Part shown: piece by piece, positions 19,647 through 28,129 of the stretch
Position numbering within the stretch: the first letter of the stretch is position 1
Layout of the letters: every line of letters starts with the position of its first letter
Source: Chitinophagaceae bacterium
GTDB taxonomy: Bacteria; Bacteroidota; Bacteroidia; Chitinophagales; Chitinophagaceae
DNA length: 64,000 bases
Direction of reading: 5' to 3'
Assembly: GCA_041916555.1 (NCBI GenBank)
Contig: JAYRZH010000002.1
Coordinates: 4,612 to 68,611, forward strand
Translations under genes and position numbers: made by a program
Notes under the pieces: model-generated
Told to the model about the DNA's origin: nothing
The model's database searches: none
Seen by the model: only the letters and a program-made list of their open reading frames with translations

Positions 19647-20729
19647 TTGACACCCATGAAAATGCACAATTTCAACTCCGGCCCTTCGGTTCTGCCTCAT
19701 TCGGTATTTGAACAAGCCAGCCGGGCCATCCTAGATTTCAACCACACCGGTCTATCGATCCTGGAAATAGGACACCGCACCCCTCTTTTCCAGGATGTAA
19801 TGGATGAAGCCGTTGCCCTGGTTAAGGAACTGATGAACCTCGACAATGAACATGAAGTGCTTTTCCTGCATGGGGGGGCTTCCACCCAGTTCTTTCAGGT
19901 TCCCATGAACCTGCTTGATGAAAAAGCCTCCGCGGCTTACCTGGATTGTGGCACCTGGGGAACCAAGGCCTATAAAGAAGCCAAACTGTTTGGCCAGGTA
20001 AATGTCGTAGCCAGTTCGGCTGACCGCAACTATACCTATATCCCAAAAAGCTACCAGATACCGGAAGGGTCTGCCTATTTTCACTATACAACCAATAACA
20101 CGATCGAAGGCACCCAGATGCATGAGATCCCGGATACCCATGTACCCCTGGTTGCCGATATGAGCAGCGATATCCTAAGCCGGAAAATGGACTTTAACCG
20201 CTTTGACCTTATTTATGCCGGGGCTCAAAAAAATATCGGCGCCGCCGGAGTAAACCTGGTCATTGTAAAAAAAGACATTCTGGGAAAAGTCAGCCGGGCC
20301 ATCCCCTCCATGATGGATTACCGAAACCATATCGCCAATGGATCCATGCTCAACACACCTCCTGTATTTGCTGTGTATGTATGCCTGCTCACAATGCGCT
20401 GGCTGAAGGAACAAGGTGGCGTAAGCGCGATAGAAATTAAAAACGAAGAAAAAGCCAGGTTGCTTTATGATACCCTCGACAGTCTTCCCCTGTTTGTTCC
20501 AAAAGTGGCCAGGGAAGACCGTAGCCTGATGAATGTAGTGTGGACCATGGAAGACGAAGGATTGGAAAAGGAATTCCTGGCTGCCTGCAAGAACCATGGC
20601 ATGGTGGGAATAAAAGGCCATCGTACCGTGGGAGGTTTCCGGGCTTCGCTATACAACGCCCTGACCCTCGACAGCGTCATTGCCCTGACCGACCTGATGA
20701 AGGACTTTAGTAACCGATATGCCAGTTAA
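19647..20729 (+). CDS. serC: 3-phosphoserine aminotransferase
   Basis: 'HNFNSGPSVLP' at the N-terminus and the PLP-lysine region 'YAGAQKNIGAAGV'. The start could instead be 19656 or 19662. Confidence 0.9.
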   Translation: MTPMKMHNFNSGPSVLPHSVFEQASRAILDFNHTGLSILEIGHRTPLFQDVMDEAVALVKELMNLDNEHEVLFLHGGASTQFFQVPMNLLDEKASAAYLDCGTWGTKAYKEAKLFGQVNVVASSADRNYTYIPKSYQIPEGSAYFHYTTNNTIEGTQMHEIPDTHVPLVADMSSDILSRKMDFNRFDLIYAGAQKNIGAAGVNLVIVKKDILGKVSRAIPSMMDYRNHIANGSMLNTPPVFAVYVCLLTMRWLKEQGGVSAIEIKNEEKARLLYDTLDSLPLFVPKVAREDRSLMNVVWTMEDEGLEKEFLAACKNHGMVGIKGHRTVGGFRASLYNALTLDSVIALTDLMKDFSNRYAS

Positions 20730-20752
20730 CAAGAACAATTAACCACCATTCC

Positions 20753-21997
20753 ATGGCCCTCATTCAACCCTTCCGCGCCCTGCGCCCCAAAGAAGAATTT
20801 GCCCAAAAGGTAGCTTCCCGCCCTTACGATGTACTCAATTCAGAGGAAGCCCGCGACGAAGCCAATGGCAACCCAAACTCATTTTTGCATGTGACCAAAT
20901 CGGAGATCGATCTGCCGGCTGGAACAGATCTCCACAGCCAACTGGTATATGAAAAAGCCGCTGAAAACCTGAAACACTTCATCGACTCCGGTGTACTGAC
21001 CCAGGAAGAAATGGCTTGCTACTATATTTACCAGCTTGTGATGCCCGCCCGCCCCGACCTGGGTGTCAACGGCCACGCGCAAACAGGGTTGGTTTGCGTA
21101 TCCTCGGTAAAAGATTACTTCCAGGATGTGATCAAAAAACACGAATTCACCCGTCCGGAAAAAGAAAAAGACCGCATCGACCACATGCGGACCATTGAAG
21201 CCCAAACGGGAAATGTTTTCCTCGCCTATCGGGATGTAACCGAAATCAACGGGTTGATTAATGGATGGAAAACCGCCAACAAACCGGTTTACGATTTCGC
21301 GGCCGATGATGGAATCAACCATACCATTTGGTGCATCAATAACCCCACCGTGATCGGATCCATCACCAGGCTTTTTGAAACCGCTGTGCCCGCCACCTAT
21401 ATTGCCGATGGCCACCACCGCTGCGCCTCCGCCGCTAAAGTAAGCCAGCACTTCCCGGATAGAGAATCAGCACAGTATTTTCTGACAACCATCTTCCCGG
21501 AAAGCCAATTGGCCATCATGGATTATAACCGGGTGATCAAAGACCTGAATGGGTATTCTGCCGCTGAATTCATCAGCGCCTTACAGGAAGATTTCTCCCT
21601 GACGCAAAGTCCCATTCCTGTTAAACCCTCCCAATTACATGAATTTGGCATGTACCTTGACGGTAAATGGTATATACTTACCGCCCTTGATGGCACATAT
21701 ACCCAGGATCCCATCGGCGTTTTAGATGTTACCATCCTTTCTAATAACGTACTGGACAAATTACTGGATATAAAAGACCAGCGGACCGACAAAAGGATTG
21801 ATTTCGTCGGCGGAATCCGGGGGCTGAAAGAATTGGAGAAAAGGGTTAACCAGGGAGAAATGAAAGTCGCCTTCAGCCTTTACCCGGTTACCCTGGCTCA
21901 ATTGTTTGCCATCGCCGACAGTGGAAATGTGATGCCACCCAAGAGCACCTGGTTTGAACCCAAACTGCGCGACGGATTATTGACACACCTGATTTGA
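20753..21997 (+). CDS. DUF1015-domain protein
   Basis: 'IQPFRALRP' at the N-terminus and an 'IADGHHR' motif. It starts 23 nt after serC. Confidence 0.75.
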   Translation: MALIQPFRALRPKEEFAQKVASRPYDVLNSEEARDEANGNPNSFLHVTKSEIDLPAGTDLHSQLVYEKAAENLKHFIDSGVLTQEEMACYYIYQLVMPARPDLGVNGHAQTGLVCVSSVKDYFQDVIKKHEFTRPEKEKDRIDHMRTIEAQTGNVFLAYRDVTEINGLINGWKTANKPVYDFAADDGINHTIWCINNPTVIGSITRLFETAVPATYIADGHHRCASAAKVSQHFPDRESAQYFLTTIFPESQLAIMDYNRVIKDLNGYSAAEFISALQEDFSLTQSPIPVKPSQLHEFGMYLDGKWYILTALDGTYTQDPIGVLDVTILSNNVLDKLLDIKDQRTDKRIDFVGGIRGLKELEKRVNQGEMKVAFSLYPVTLAQLFAIADSGNVMPPKSTWFEPKLRDGLLTHLI

Positions 21998-22093
21998 CCA
22001 ATCATTCCTGATGGTACCTAATTCAATAATAACCAATCAGAAATTGGATTTATTTTAAGATACAGACTATCCCGATTTCATTAAATTGCACTC

Positions 22094-23098
22094 ATGAAGC
22101 GTATTGGCCTGATTCTCACATTACTGATCAATGCCAGCCTGGTTTTTGGGCAGGAATCCTACCTGGAAACCGCACGCTCCTTTATGCGCACCGGAGATTT
22201 TGACAACGCCATTGTAGTTATCAACCGCGGGTTGCAGCAAGACAAGAACAACCTGGAACTTCAAAAGGAACTGGTTCAATGCTACTATTATAAACGTGAC
22301 TTTGTAAAAGCCGTTGAGGGCGTTAAAGCCATTATTGATCGGGATGATGCCGATGTAATCACGTTTCAAATTGCCGGCAATGTGTACAAAGCGATTGAAG
22401 ACCCTAAGGAAGGTGACAAAGTATATAAGAAAGGGCTGAAGAAATTTCCAAAGAGCGGACCCCTTCACAGCGAATATGGCGAATTGCTGTGGGCTAAAAA
22501 AGATTATTCTGCCATTACCTGGTGGGAAAAAGGCATTGAGGTTGACCCCGGTTATGGCGGGAACTATTACAATGCGGCACTGTTCTATTTCTACACCAAG
22601 GATAAAGTGTGGAGCCTGATCTATGGGGAGATCTTTGTAAATATGGAAAGCCTTTCCAAACGGGGTGCCGCCATGAAAGAACTCCTGTTAAAGGGCTATA
22701 AAGAAAAACTGTTTGCTGATGCAGACCTGCTTAAAGGCGAAGAAAAAAATAAGAGCCTATTTGCCCGGGCCTTTCTGGAGTGTATGGGAAAACAGGCCCC
22801 CCAGCTTACCAAAGGGATCACCACCGAATCACTCACCATGGTGAGAACCCGCTTTATCCTGGAATGGTATGAAAATTACTCCGCTAAATTCCCCTTCCGG
22901 CTTTTTGATTTTCATCAGCAACTCCTCCGGGAAGGACTATTTGAAGCCTACAACCAGTGGCTTTTTGGCGCCGTGGAAAACCTGCCCGCATTTGACAATT
23001 GGGCCAAGACCCATGCCGAGTCTTATGCCTCCTTTACCAAACTCCAGAAATCAAGCGTTTTCCGCATGCCCGCCGGACAGTATTACCAGGTGAAATAA
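22094..23098 (+). CDS. TPR-repeat protein with signal peptide
   Basis: Signal peptide plus helical repeats (for example 'ARSFMRTGDFDNAIVVINRGLQQDKNN'). Confidence 0.5.
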   Translation: MKRIGLILTLLINASLVFGQESYLETARSFMRTGDFDNAIVVINRGLQQDKNNLELQKELVQCYYYKRDFVKAVEGVKAIIDRDDADVITFQIAGNVYKAIEDPKEGDKVYKKGLKKFPKSGPLHSEYGELLWAKKDYSAITWWEKGIEVDPGYGGNYYNAALFYFYTKDKVWSLIYGEIFVNMESLSKRGAAMKELLLKGYKEKLFADADLLKGEEKNKSLFARAFLECMGKQAPQLTKGITTESLTMVRTRFILEWYENYSAKFPFRLFDFHQQLLREGLFEAYNQWLFGAVENLPAFDNWAKTHAESYASFTKLQKSSVFRMPAGQYYQVK

Positions 23099-23197
23099 GC
23101 GTTGGATAAGAGTTACCCATACTCCCTTTTTCAACCTATAACAAGTCTTTCCCATTTATTATTTTTTCAATAAATTGTCTTTCTAATCTACGATTGC

Positions 23198-24979
23198 ATG
23201 AATCAACCTACGCGTTTATTCGACTGCCTGGCTGTCCAGGCAGAAAGGGGAGGTTTACCCGACATGCTCGCGGGCAAGGAAAGAGGACAATGGAAAAAAT
23301 ACAGTACGGCCGATGTAAAGGACCTGGTTGACAGGCTTAGTGCCGGTTTGCTGGCCCTGGGCGTAGGACCTAATGATATGTCGGTGGAGAACCGCGACAA
23401 GATCGCGATCATTTCCAGAAACCGCCCGGAATGGGTGATGCTTGACCTGGCCGTGCAACAGATCGGCGCCGTTCTGGTTCCTGTTTACCCAACCATCGGG
23501 GTCAATGACCTGGAATTCATCTTCAAAGATTCCAATGTAAAATACTGTTTTGTCAGTGATGAGGATTCCTTTCTCAAAGTACACAGCATCAGGCACCATG
23601 TGCATAGCCTGGTGGACACCTTCACTTTTGACCATGTACCTAATGCCCGACACTGGAAAGAAGTGCTGGACCTGGCTACCCCTGAAAAGATCGAGGCGAT
23701 AAAACCTATTTCTGACAAGATCGGGTATAAAGACCTGGTGACCCTCATCTATACCTCAGGTACTACAGGGACACCCAAAGGGGTCATGCTTTCCCATGAA
23801 AACATCATGAGCAATGTGACCGCCTGTATTCCCTGTTTCCCTCCCGGTGAAAATATGCGCTCGCTGAGTTTCCTTCCGCTCAACCATATCTTTGAACGAA
23901 TGGTCACCTACCTCTACCTGTTTCAGGGAACGGCGATCTATTATGCCGAAAGCCTGGAAACCATTGGGGAGAACCTGAAGGAAGTACAACCCAATATGTT
24001 TACAACCGTGCCCCGGTTGCTTGAAAAGGTGTATGACAAAATCATGCAAAAAGGGAATGAGCTTACCGGTCTGAAACGGAAACTGTTTTTCTGGGCCCAT
24101 GAACTGGCTGAAAAATTTGAGATCAATAAAAACCAGGGATCCTGGTACACTTTTCAATTGGCCCTCGCGAATAAACTGGTTTTTAGCAAATGGCGTGAAG
24201 GCCTTGGAGGAGAGATCAAATGCATTGTTACGGGTGGGGCAGCCTGCCAGGTCAGGTTGATCCGCATCTTCACCGCTGCCCAGATCACGATCATGGAGGG
24301 ATATGGACTCACTGAAACCTCTCCTGTAATCGCTGTAAACCGGTTTGAAGAACAAAACCGGATGTTTGGTACCGTTGGGCCGCTGATTGACGGAATTTTG
24401 GTCAAGATCGCCGAAGATGGGGAAATTCTCTGCCAGGGGCCCAATATCATGATGGGTTATTACAAGCGGCCCGACCTGACCCAGGAAGTATTCCAGGATG
24501 AATGGTTCTGCACGGGGGATATCGGTACCATGGTAGAAGATAAATACCTGAAGATCACCGACCGGAAAAAAGAACTGTTCAAAACCAGCGGGGGCAAATA
24601 TGTCGCCCCGCTTCCTATCGAAAACAGACTCAAGGAATCCCTCTTTATTGAGCAGGCCCTGGTAGTAGGCCCCGAACGAAAATTTGTGGGAGCCCTTATT
24701 GTGCCTTCATTCCCCAACCTGATGGACTGGTGCCGGCACAACAATGTTCCCTATTCCACCAATGAGGAAATGATCCGAAACCCCAAGGTCATTGAGTTTT
24801 TCAAGGACCTGGTGGACAGTTTCAATAAATTCTTTAACCATGTGGAACAGGTAAAACGCTTTGAATTGCTGGCTAATGAATGGAGCGTGGAAACCGGCGA
24901 AATGACCCCTAAACTTTCACTCAAACGGAGGGTCATCATGGAAAAATACAAAGACGCTATCGAAAGAATCTACCTATAA
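23198..24979 (+). CDS. AMP-dependent synthetase / long-chain fatty-acid-CoA ligase
   Basis: AMP-binding motif 'YTSGTTGTPKGV', with 'GYGLTETS' and 'TGDIG'. Confidence 0.85.
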   Translation: MNQPTRLFDCLAVQAERGGLPDMLAGKERGQWKKYSTADVKDLVDRLSAGLLALGVGPNDMSVENRDKIAIISRNRPEWVMLDLAVQQIGAVLVPVYPTIGVNDLEFIFKDSNVKYCFVSDEDSFLKVHSIRHHVHSLVDTFTFDHVPNARHWKEVLDLATPEKIEAIKPISDKIGYKDLVTLIYTSGTTGTPKGVMLSHENIMSNVTACIPCFPPGENMRSLSFLPLNHIFERMVTYLYLFQGTAIYYAESLETIGENLKEVQPNMFTTVPRLLEKVYDKIMQKGNELTGLKRKLFFWAHELAEKFEINKNQGSWYTFQLALANKLVFSKWREGLGGEIKCIVTGGAACQVRLIRIFTAAQITIMEGYGLTETSPVIAVNRFEEQNRMFGTVGPLIDGILVKIAEDGEILCQGPNIMMGYYKRPDLTQEVFQDEWFCTGDIGTMVEDKYLKITDRKKELFKTSGGKYVAPLPIENRLKESLFIEQALVVGPERKFVGALIVPSFPNLMDWCRHNNVPYSTNEEMIRNPKVIEFFKDLVDSFNKFFNHVEQVKRFELLANEWSVETGEMTPKLSLKRRVIMEKYKDAIERIYL

Positions 24980-24990
24980 TAAAATCCGAA

Positions 24991-25064
24991 AAAACCTACT
25001 ACCTATTACCTAATACCCAATTTCTTTTTGTAGTAGGTTGGAGGTAATAGGTAGCAGGTTTTTT
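24991..25064. terminator. Large bidirectional terminator hairpin (20-bp stem, one mismatch) between convergent genes
   Basis: AAAACCTACTACCTATTACC (24991-25010) pairs with GGTAATAGGTAGCAGGTTTT (25043-25062). T-runs flank it on both strands. Confidence 0.7.
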
Positions 25065-25073
25065 CATCAGTCT

Positions 25074-25709
25074 TTATAGCCCCGCCTGCGATGCCACATT
25101 GATCAGTTCGGCGGTATTCTTTAGCCTTAATTTTTTGAGGATATTATAGCGGTGGACTTCAATCGTTTTGGTAGTGATTTGCAATCTTGCCCCGATCTCT
25201 TTGGAGGAAAGGCCTTTTTTGATATACCCCACAATCTCCAGTTCCCGTTGGGAAAGGTCATTCATTGAAGGCTGGTTTTTTTCAGCCATCATTTGTTCGG
25301 CCAGCAGGTTCCGGATATCCTCACATACATACTTATGCCCATCTACTACTTCCAGGATCGCCCGTATCATTTCATCCTTGGATGACTGCTTGGTGACATA
25401 GGCCGACGCGCCACTTTTCATCATTTTCTTGGCGATGGCCGGTTGCGAAAACATGGTTATGGCGATGATATGTACCTGAGGATTCTTTTCGTGTATTTTA
25501 TGTGCCACTTCAAATCCGTCGATAGGCGACATATTAATATCCAGCAGGATAACCTGAGGTTTATAATCAGCCACCATGCTAATAGCTTCGTGGGGGTCGC
25601 CGGTATCGGCTACAACTTTAAACCGGGGATCAGCATTGAGCAGGAAAGACCAGGTTTCACGGATGAGTTTGTGGTCATCCGCAATTAGGATGGTAATGGT
25701 TTCATTCAT
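25074..25709 (-). CDS. NarL/LuxR-family response regulator
   Basis: Receiver domain ('ILIADDH', 'ILLDINMSPIDG') and a LuxR helix-turn-helix 'LSQRELEIVGYIKKGLSSKEIGARLQITTKTIEVHR'. Confidence 0.9.
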   Translation of the reverse strand: MNETITILIADDHKLIRETWSFLLNADPRFKVVADTGDPHEAISMVADYKPQVILLDINMSPIDGFEVAHKIHEKNPQVHIIAITMFSQPAIAKKMMKSGASAYVTKQSSKDEMIRAILEVVDGHKYVCEDIRNLLAEQMMAEKNQPSMNDLSQRELEIVGYIKKGLSSKEIGARLQITTKTIEVHRYNILKKLRLKNTAELINVASQAGL

Positions 25710-25810
25710 GGTGCTATGGCTACAATGTCAAAGTGATAACCCGTTTTGAAATAGTTTGTTCCTTTAAAATACAAAAATATTTCCAAAGTAAAGGTTAATT
25801 CACACAAACG

Positions 25811-25837
25811 CCAAAAGCCCAATGGGGTCCATTGGGC
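25811..25837 (-). terminator. Intrinsic terminator after the DsrE-like gene
   Basis: GCCCAATGG (25817-25825) pairs with CCATTGGGC (25829-25837) around a 3-nt loop. On the minus strand it is followed by TTTTGG. Confidence 0.7.
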
Positions 25838-25869
25838 CTTGACAGCAAACAATCAACCAGAGACCGGAA

Positions 25870-26352
25870 TCAGATGAACAGCATATGTGTTCCGACCCCT
25901 TCGCTTTTCTTATAAAAGTCTCCAACGGTAATCACTTCTTCCACTCCTTCAAAGAGGTCTTCTTTCTTATAATGGAACATGTCCATGGCCAACTTGCAGG
26001 CCCACATACGTACACCGGATGCCGAAAGGATATCGAGGAATTCTTCCACCCCGGGCATATCGATCTTATCCATCTCCTTTTTCATCATGGAGGTGGCCAG
26101 GGCTTCCATACCTGGCAATCCACCGATCATGGTGGGGATATGCATGGCCGGGTTACCCACGGTTGCCACGTGCAGGTTCTGGAGTTTTTTCTTGTGAACG
26201 GCTTCCAACCCAAAAAAGGTAAAGAACATTTCTGCCTCAATGCCTTCCATACGGGCGCCATTGGCCAGCACAAAGGCGGCATATACATTCTCCAAAGTGC
26301 CTTTGGAGAGGATGATCATCATCTTCCGGATCTCGCCATTATATTCGCTCAT
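25870..26352 (-). CDS. DsrE/DsrF/DrsH-like sulfur-relay family protein
   Basis: The ATG at 26352 gives 'MSEYNGEIRKMMIILSKGTLENVYAAFVLANGA'. 'FFTFFGL' and a cysteine in 'MWACKLAMD' are present. The assignment rests on resemblance and on context next to a TusE-like gene. Confidence 0.6.
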   Translation of the reverse strand: MSEYNGEIRKMMIILSKGTLENVYAAFVLANGARMEGIEAEMFFTFFGLEAVHKKKLQNLHVATVGNPAMHIPTMIGGLPGMEALATSMMKKEMDKIDMPGVEEFLDILSASGVRMWACKLAMDMFHYKKEDLFEGVEEVITVGDFYKKSEGVGTHMLFI

Positions 26353-26369
26353 AAAATGATTTTTAAAGG

Positions 26370-26678
26370 TTAAATACAACTTGCTGGTTTGGGAATACCG
26401 GCGATCTTGGTGGCCGTTTTCAGCGGGGCTTTGGGGAAAAGCTGGTAAAATTCCTTGATATCTACCACCCCGCTTTTACCGATCTTACGGATACTGAGGG
26501 GTACCTCGTTCTTGTACTCGGTTTGCAGGTAGTTGAGAATTTCCCAATGACGGGGGCTGAGGCTGATCTCGGCTTCGGCAGCCAGTGCCTCGGCAATGCC
26601 TTTATCCCACTGAGAAAAATCGGTCATGTATCCTTCTTCGTTTACGGCTATGTTTTTGCCGGCAATAACTCGTTCCAT
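26370..26678 (-). CDS. TusE/DsrC-family sulfur-transfer protein
   Basis: The C-terminal 'GIPKPASCI' matches the penultimate-Cys signature ('PKPTGCV' type). No second Cys is present 10-11 residues upstream, so it is TusE-like rather than a bona fide DsrC. Confidence 0.7.
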   Translation of the reverse strand: MERVIAGKNIAVNEEGYMTDFSQWDKGIAEALAAEAEISLSPRHWEILNYLQTEYKNEVPLSIRKIGKSGVVDIKEFYQLFPKAPLKTATKIAGIPKPASCI

Positions 26679-26706
26679 ATACTTGGTTTATTGTTTATTA
26701 AAAAAA

Positions 26707-27942
26707 TTATTCATAATGTTTTCCGGATTCTGACATGGTTGGAGACACAAAGGGAATATGCGTTCCTTTCAGCAACACATTCCAGTAAATCCAGCGGAAG
26801 GCCAATTTTCCCATGTGGTTCATCCGGCTTTCCTTGAGTAACCGGAGCGGGCCTACTCCCGGGAAGGGGAAAGTGCCCTCTACAGGTTCATGGGTGTAGT
26901 TGAAATCTATCAGCAGGGCCTTGCCATTTCCGGTTTCAATAAAACAGTTGGCGTGTCCGTCAAATTCTTCTTTCAGCGGTTCGCCTTTTATAAATCGGAG
27001 AATGTTCTCGGTCAAAATCTCGGCTTCAAAGTGGGCTACCGAACCTGCCTTGGAAGCGGGGATATTGCTGGCATCTCCTAGTACAAAGACGTTTTCATAG
27101 CCTTTGCTTTGCAAGGTTGCCTTATGGGTAGGTACATAGTTAAGGTCGTCCCCCATACCGGAACGGGCCATCACCTCATCACCCTTATTGGTGGGTACGG
27201 TCACAAGAATATCAAAGGGGATTTCGCGACCGCCATAATCCACGATCATTTTATTTTCATTATCCACCCTTTCGATGGCAAAATCACTTTCGATATTGAT
27301 ATGCTTTTCATGAAGCAGGTGTTCCAGAGCCTCGGTTGCCTTGGGTTTGGTAAAGGCGCCACTCAGCGGGGTCACATAGGTGATCTCCACTTTGTCGCGC
27401 ATATGTTTATTCTTGAAGAATGAATCGGCCAGGAAGGCAAATTCAAGAGGGGCTACGGGGCATTTGATGGGCATTTCAGTAATGTGAACCACCAACCTGC
27501 CTCCTTCCCAATGCCGCAGCTTGTCACGCAAAGCCAGCGAGCCATCAAATGTATAGAAATCAAAAACGGATTTGTGCCATTCAGACCCTTTCATCCCTTC
27601 TGTTTCCTCCGGGGCGATCTTGGCTCCGGTGGCTACAATCAATACCTCATAGTCAATCACCTCCCCATTGGCCATTAACACCTGGTTGTTCTTTGGGTCC
27701 ACCCGGTCGATGGTTCCGCGAAGCAGTTCGGCCTTTTTGGGAATGAACTCTTCAATTGTTTTTACAATATCGGAAGGCTTGTAAATATCAAAAGGCAAGA
27801 AGAGGTAACCTGGCTGGTAGTGGTGCTCTGTCTTTTCATCAATGATGATGATCTTCCAAAGTTCGGTATCCAGTTCGTGGGAAAGATGGTTGGCCATCAT
27901 GGTCCCTGCTGTACCGGCTCCGAGAATGACAAGTTGTTTCAT
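26707..27942 (-). CDS. sqr: Sulfide:quinone oxidoreductase-family flavoprotein
   Basis: The ATG at 27942 gives 'MKQLVILGAGTAGTMMANHL' (FAD fold). Candidate redox cysteines sit in 'PIKCPVAPLEF' and 'HANCFIE'. The genomic context also fits. Confidence 0.7.
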   Translation of the reverse strand: MKQLVILGAGTAGTMMANHLSHELDTELWKIIIIDEKTEHHYQPGYLFLPFDIYKPSDIVKTIEEFIPKKAELLRGTIDRVDPKNNQVLMANGEVIDYEVLIVATGAKIAPEETEGMKGSEWHKSVFDFYTFDGSLALRDKLRHWEGGRLVVHITEMPIKCPVAPLEFAFLADSFFKNKHMRDKVEITYVTPLSGAFTKPKATEALEHLLHEKHINIESDFAIERVDNENKMIVDYGGREIPFDILVTVPTNKGDEVMARSGMGDDLNYVPTHKATLQSKGYENVFVLGDASNIPASKAGSVAHFEAEILTENILRFIKGEPLKEEFDGHANCFIETGNGKALLIDFNYTHEPVEGTFPFPGVGPLRLLKESRMNHMGKLAFRWIYWNVLLKGTHIPFVSPTMSESGKHYE

Positions 27943-28030
27943 CTGGTTGTGTTTTGTACAGTAAAAGTCCAACCAGATCATCCGTCATTCAACGAGTTGC
28001 CTCATTGGGGAAAATGACTTGTATCAACAG

Positions 28031-28052
28031 CCCCGATGATTCGGGGTTTTTT
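28031..28052 (+). other. Terminator-like hairpin plus T-run, oriented on the + strand with no + strand gene upstream
   Basis: CCCCGA (28031-28036), a TGAT loop, TCGGGG (28041-28046), then TTTTTT (28047-28052). Confidence 0.4.
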
Positions 28053-28129
28053 GGGAAAGATTCCGTGTTAATGTGCTAATTGTCACAGACAAAAAAACCA
28101 GACAGGCCTATTTTGAAAAACACCCCCCT

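Noticed and set aside
23099-23140. 'GTTGGATAAGAGTTAC' after the stop codon at 23098 resembles 'GTTGAGATAAGAGTT' after the stop codon at 6096, and also the inverted-repeat arm at 60213-60224.
   Set aside because: The match is only about 10-13 nt in AT-rich DNA, so I cannot establish significance without a genome-wide count. It is mentioned under the inverted-repeat finding but not called as a repeat feature.
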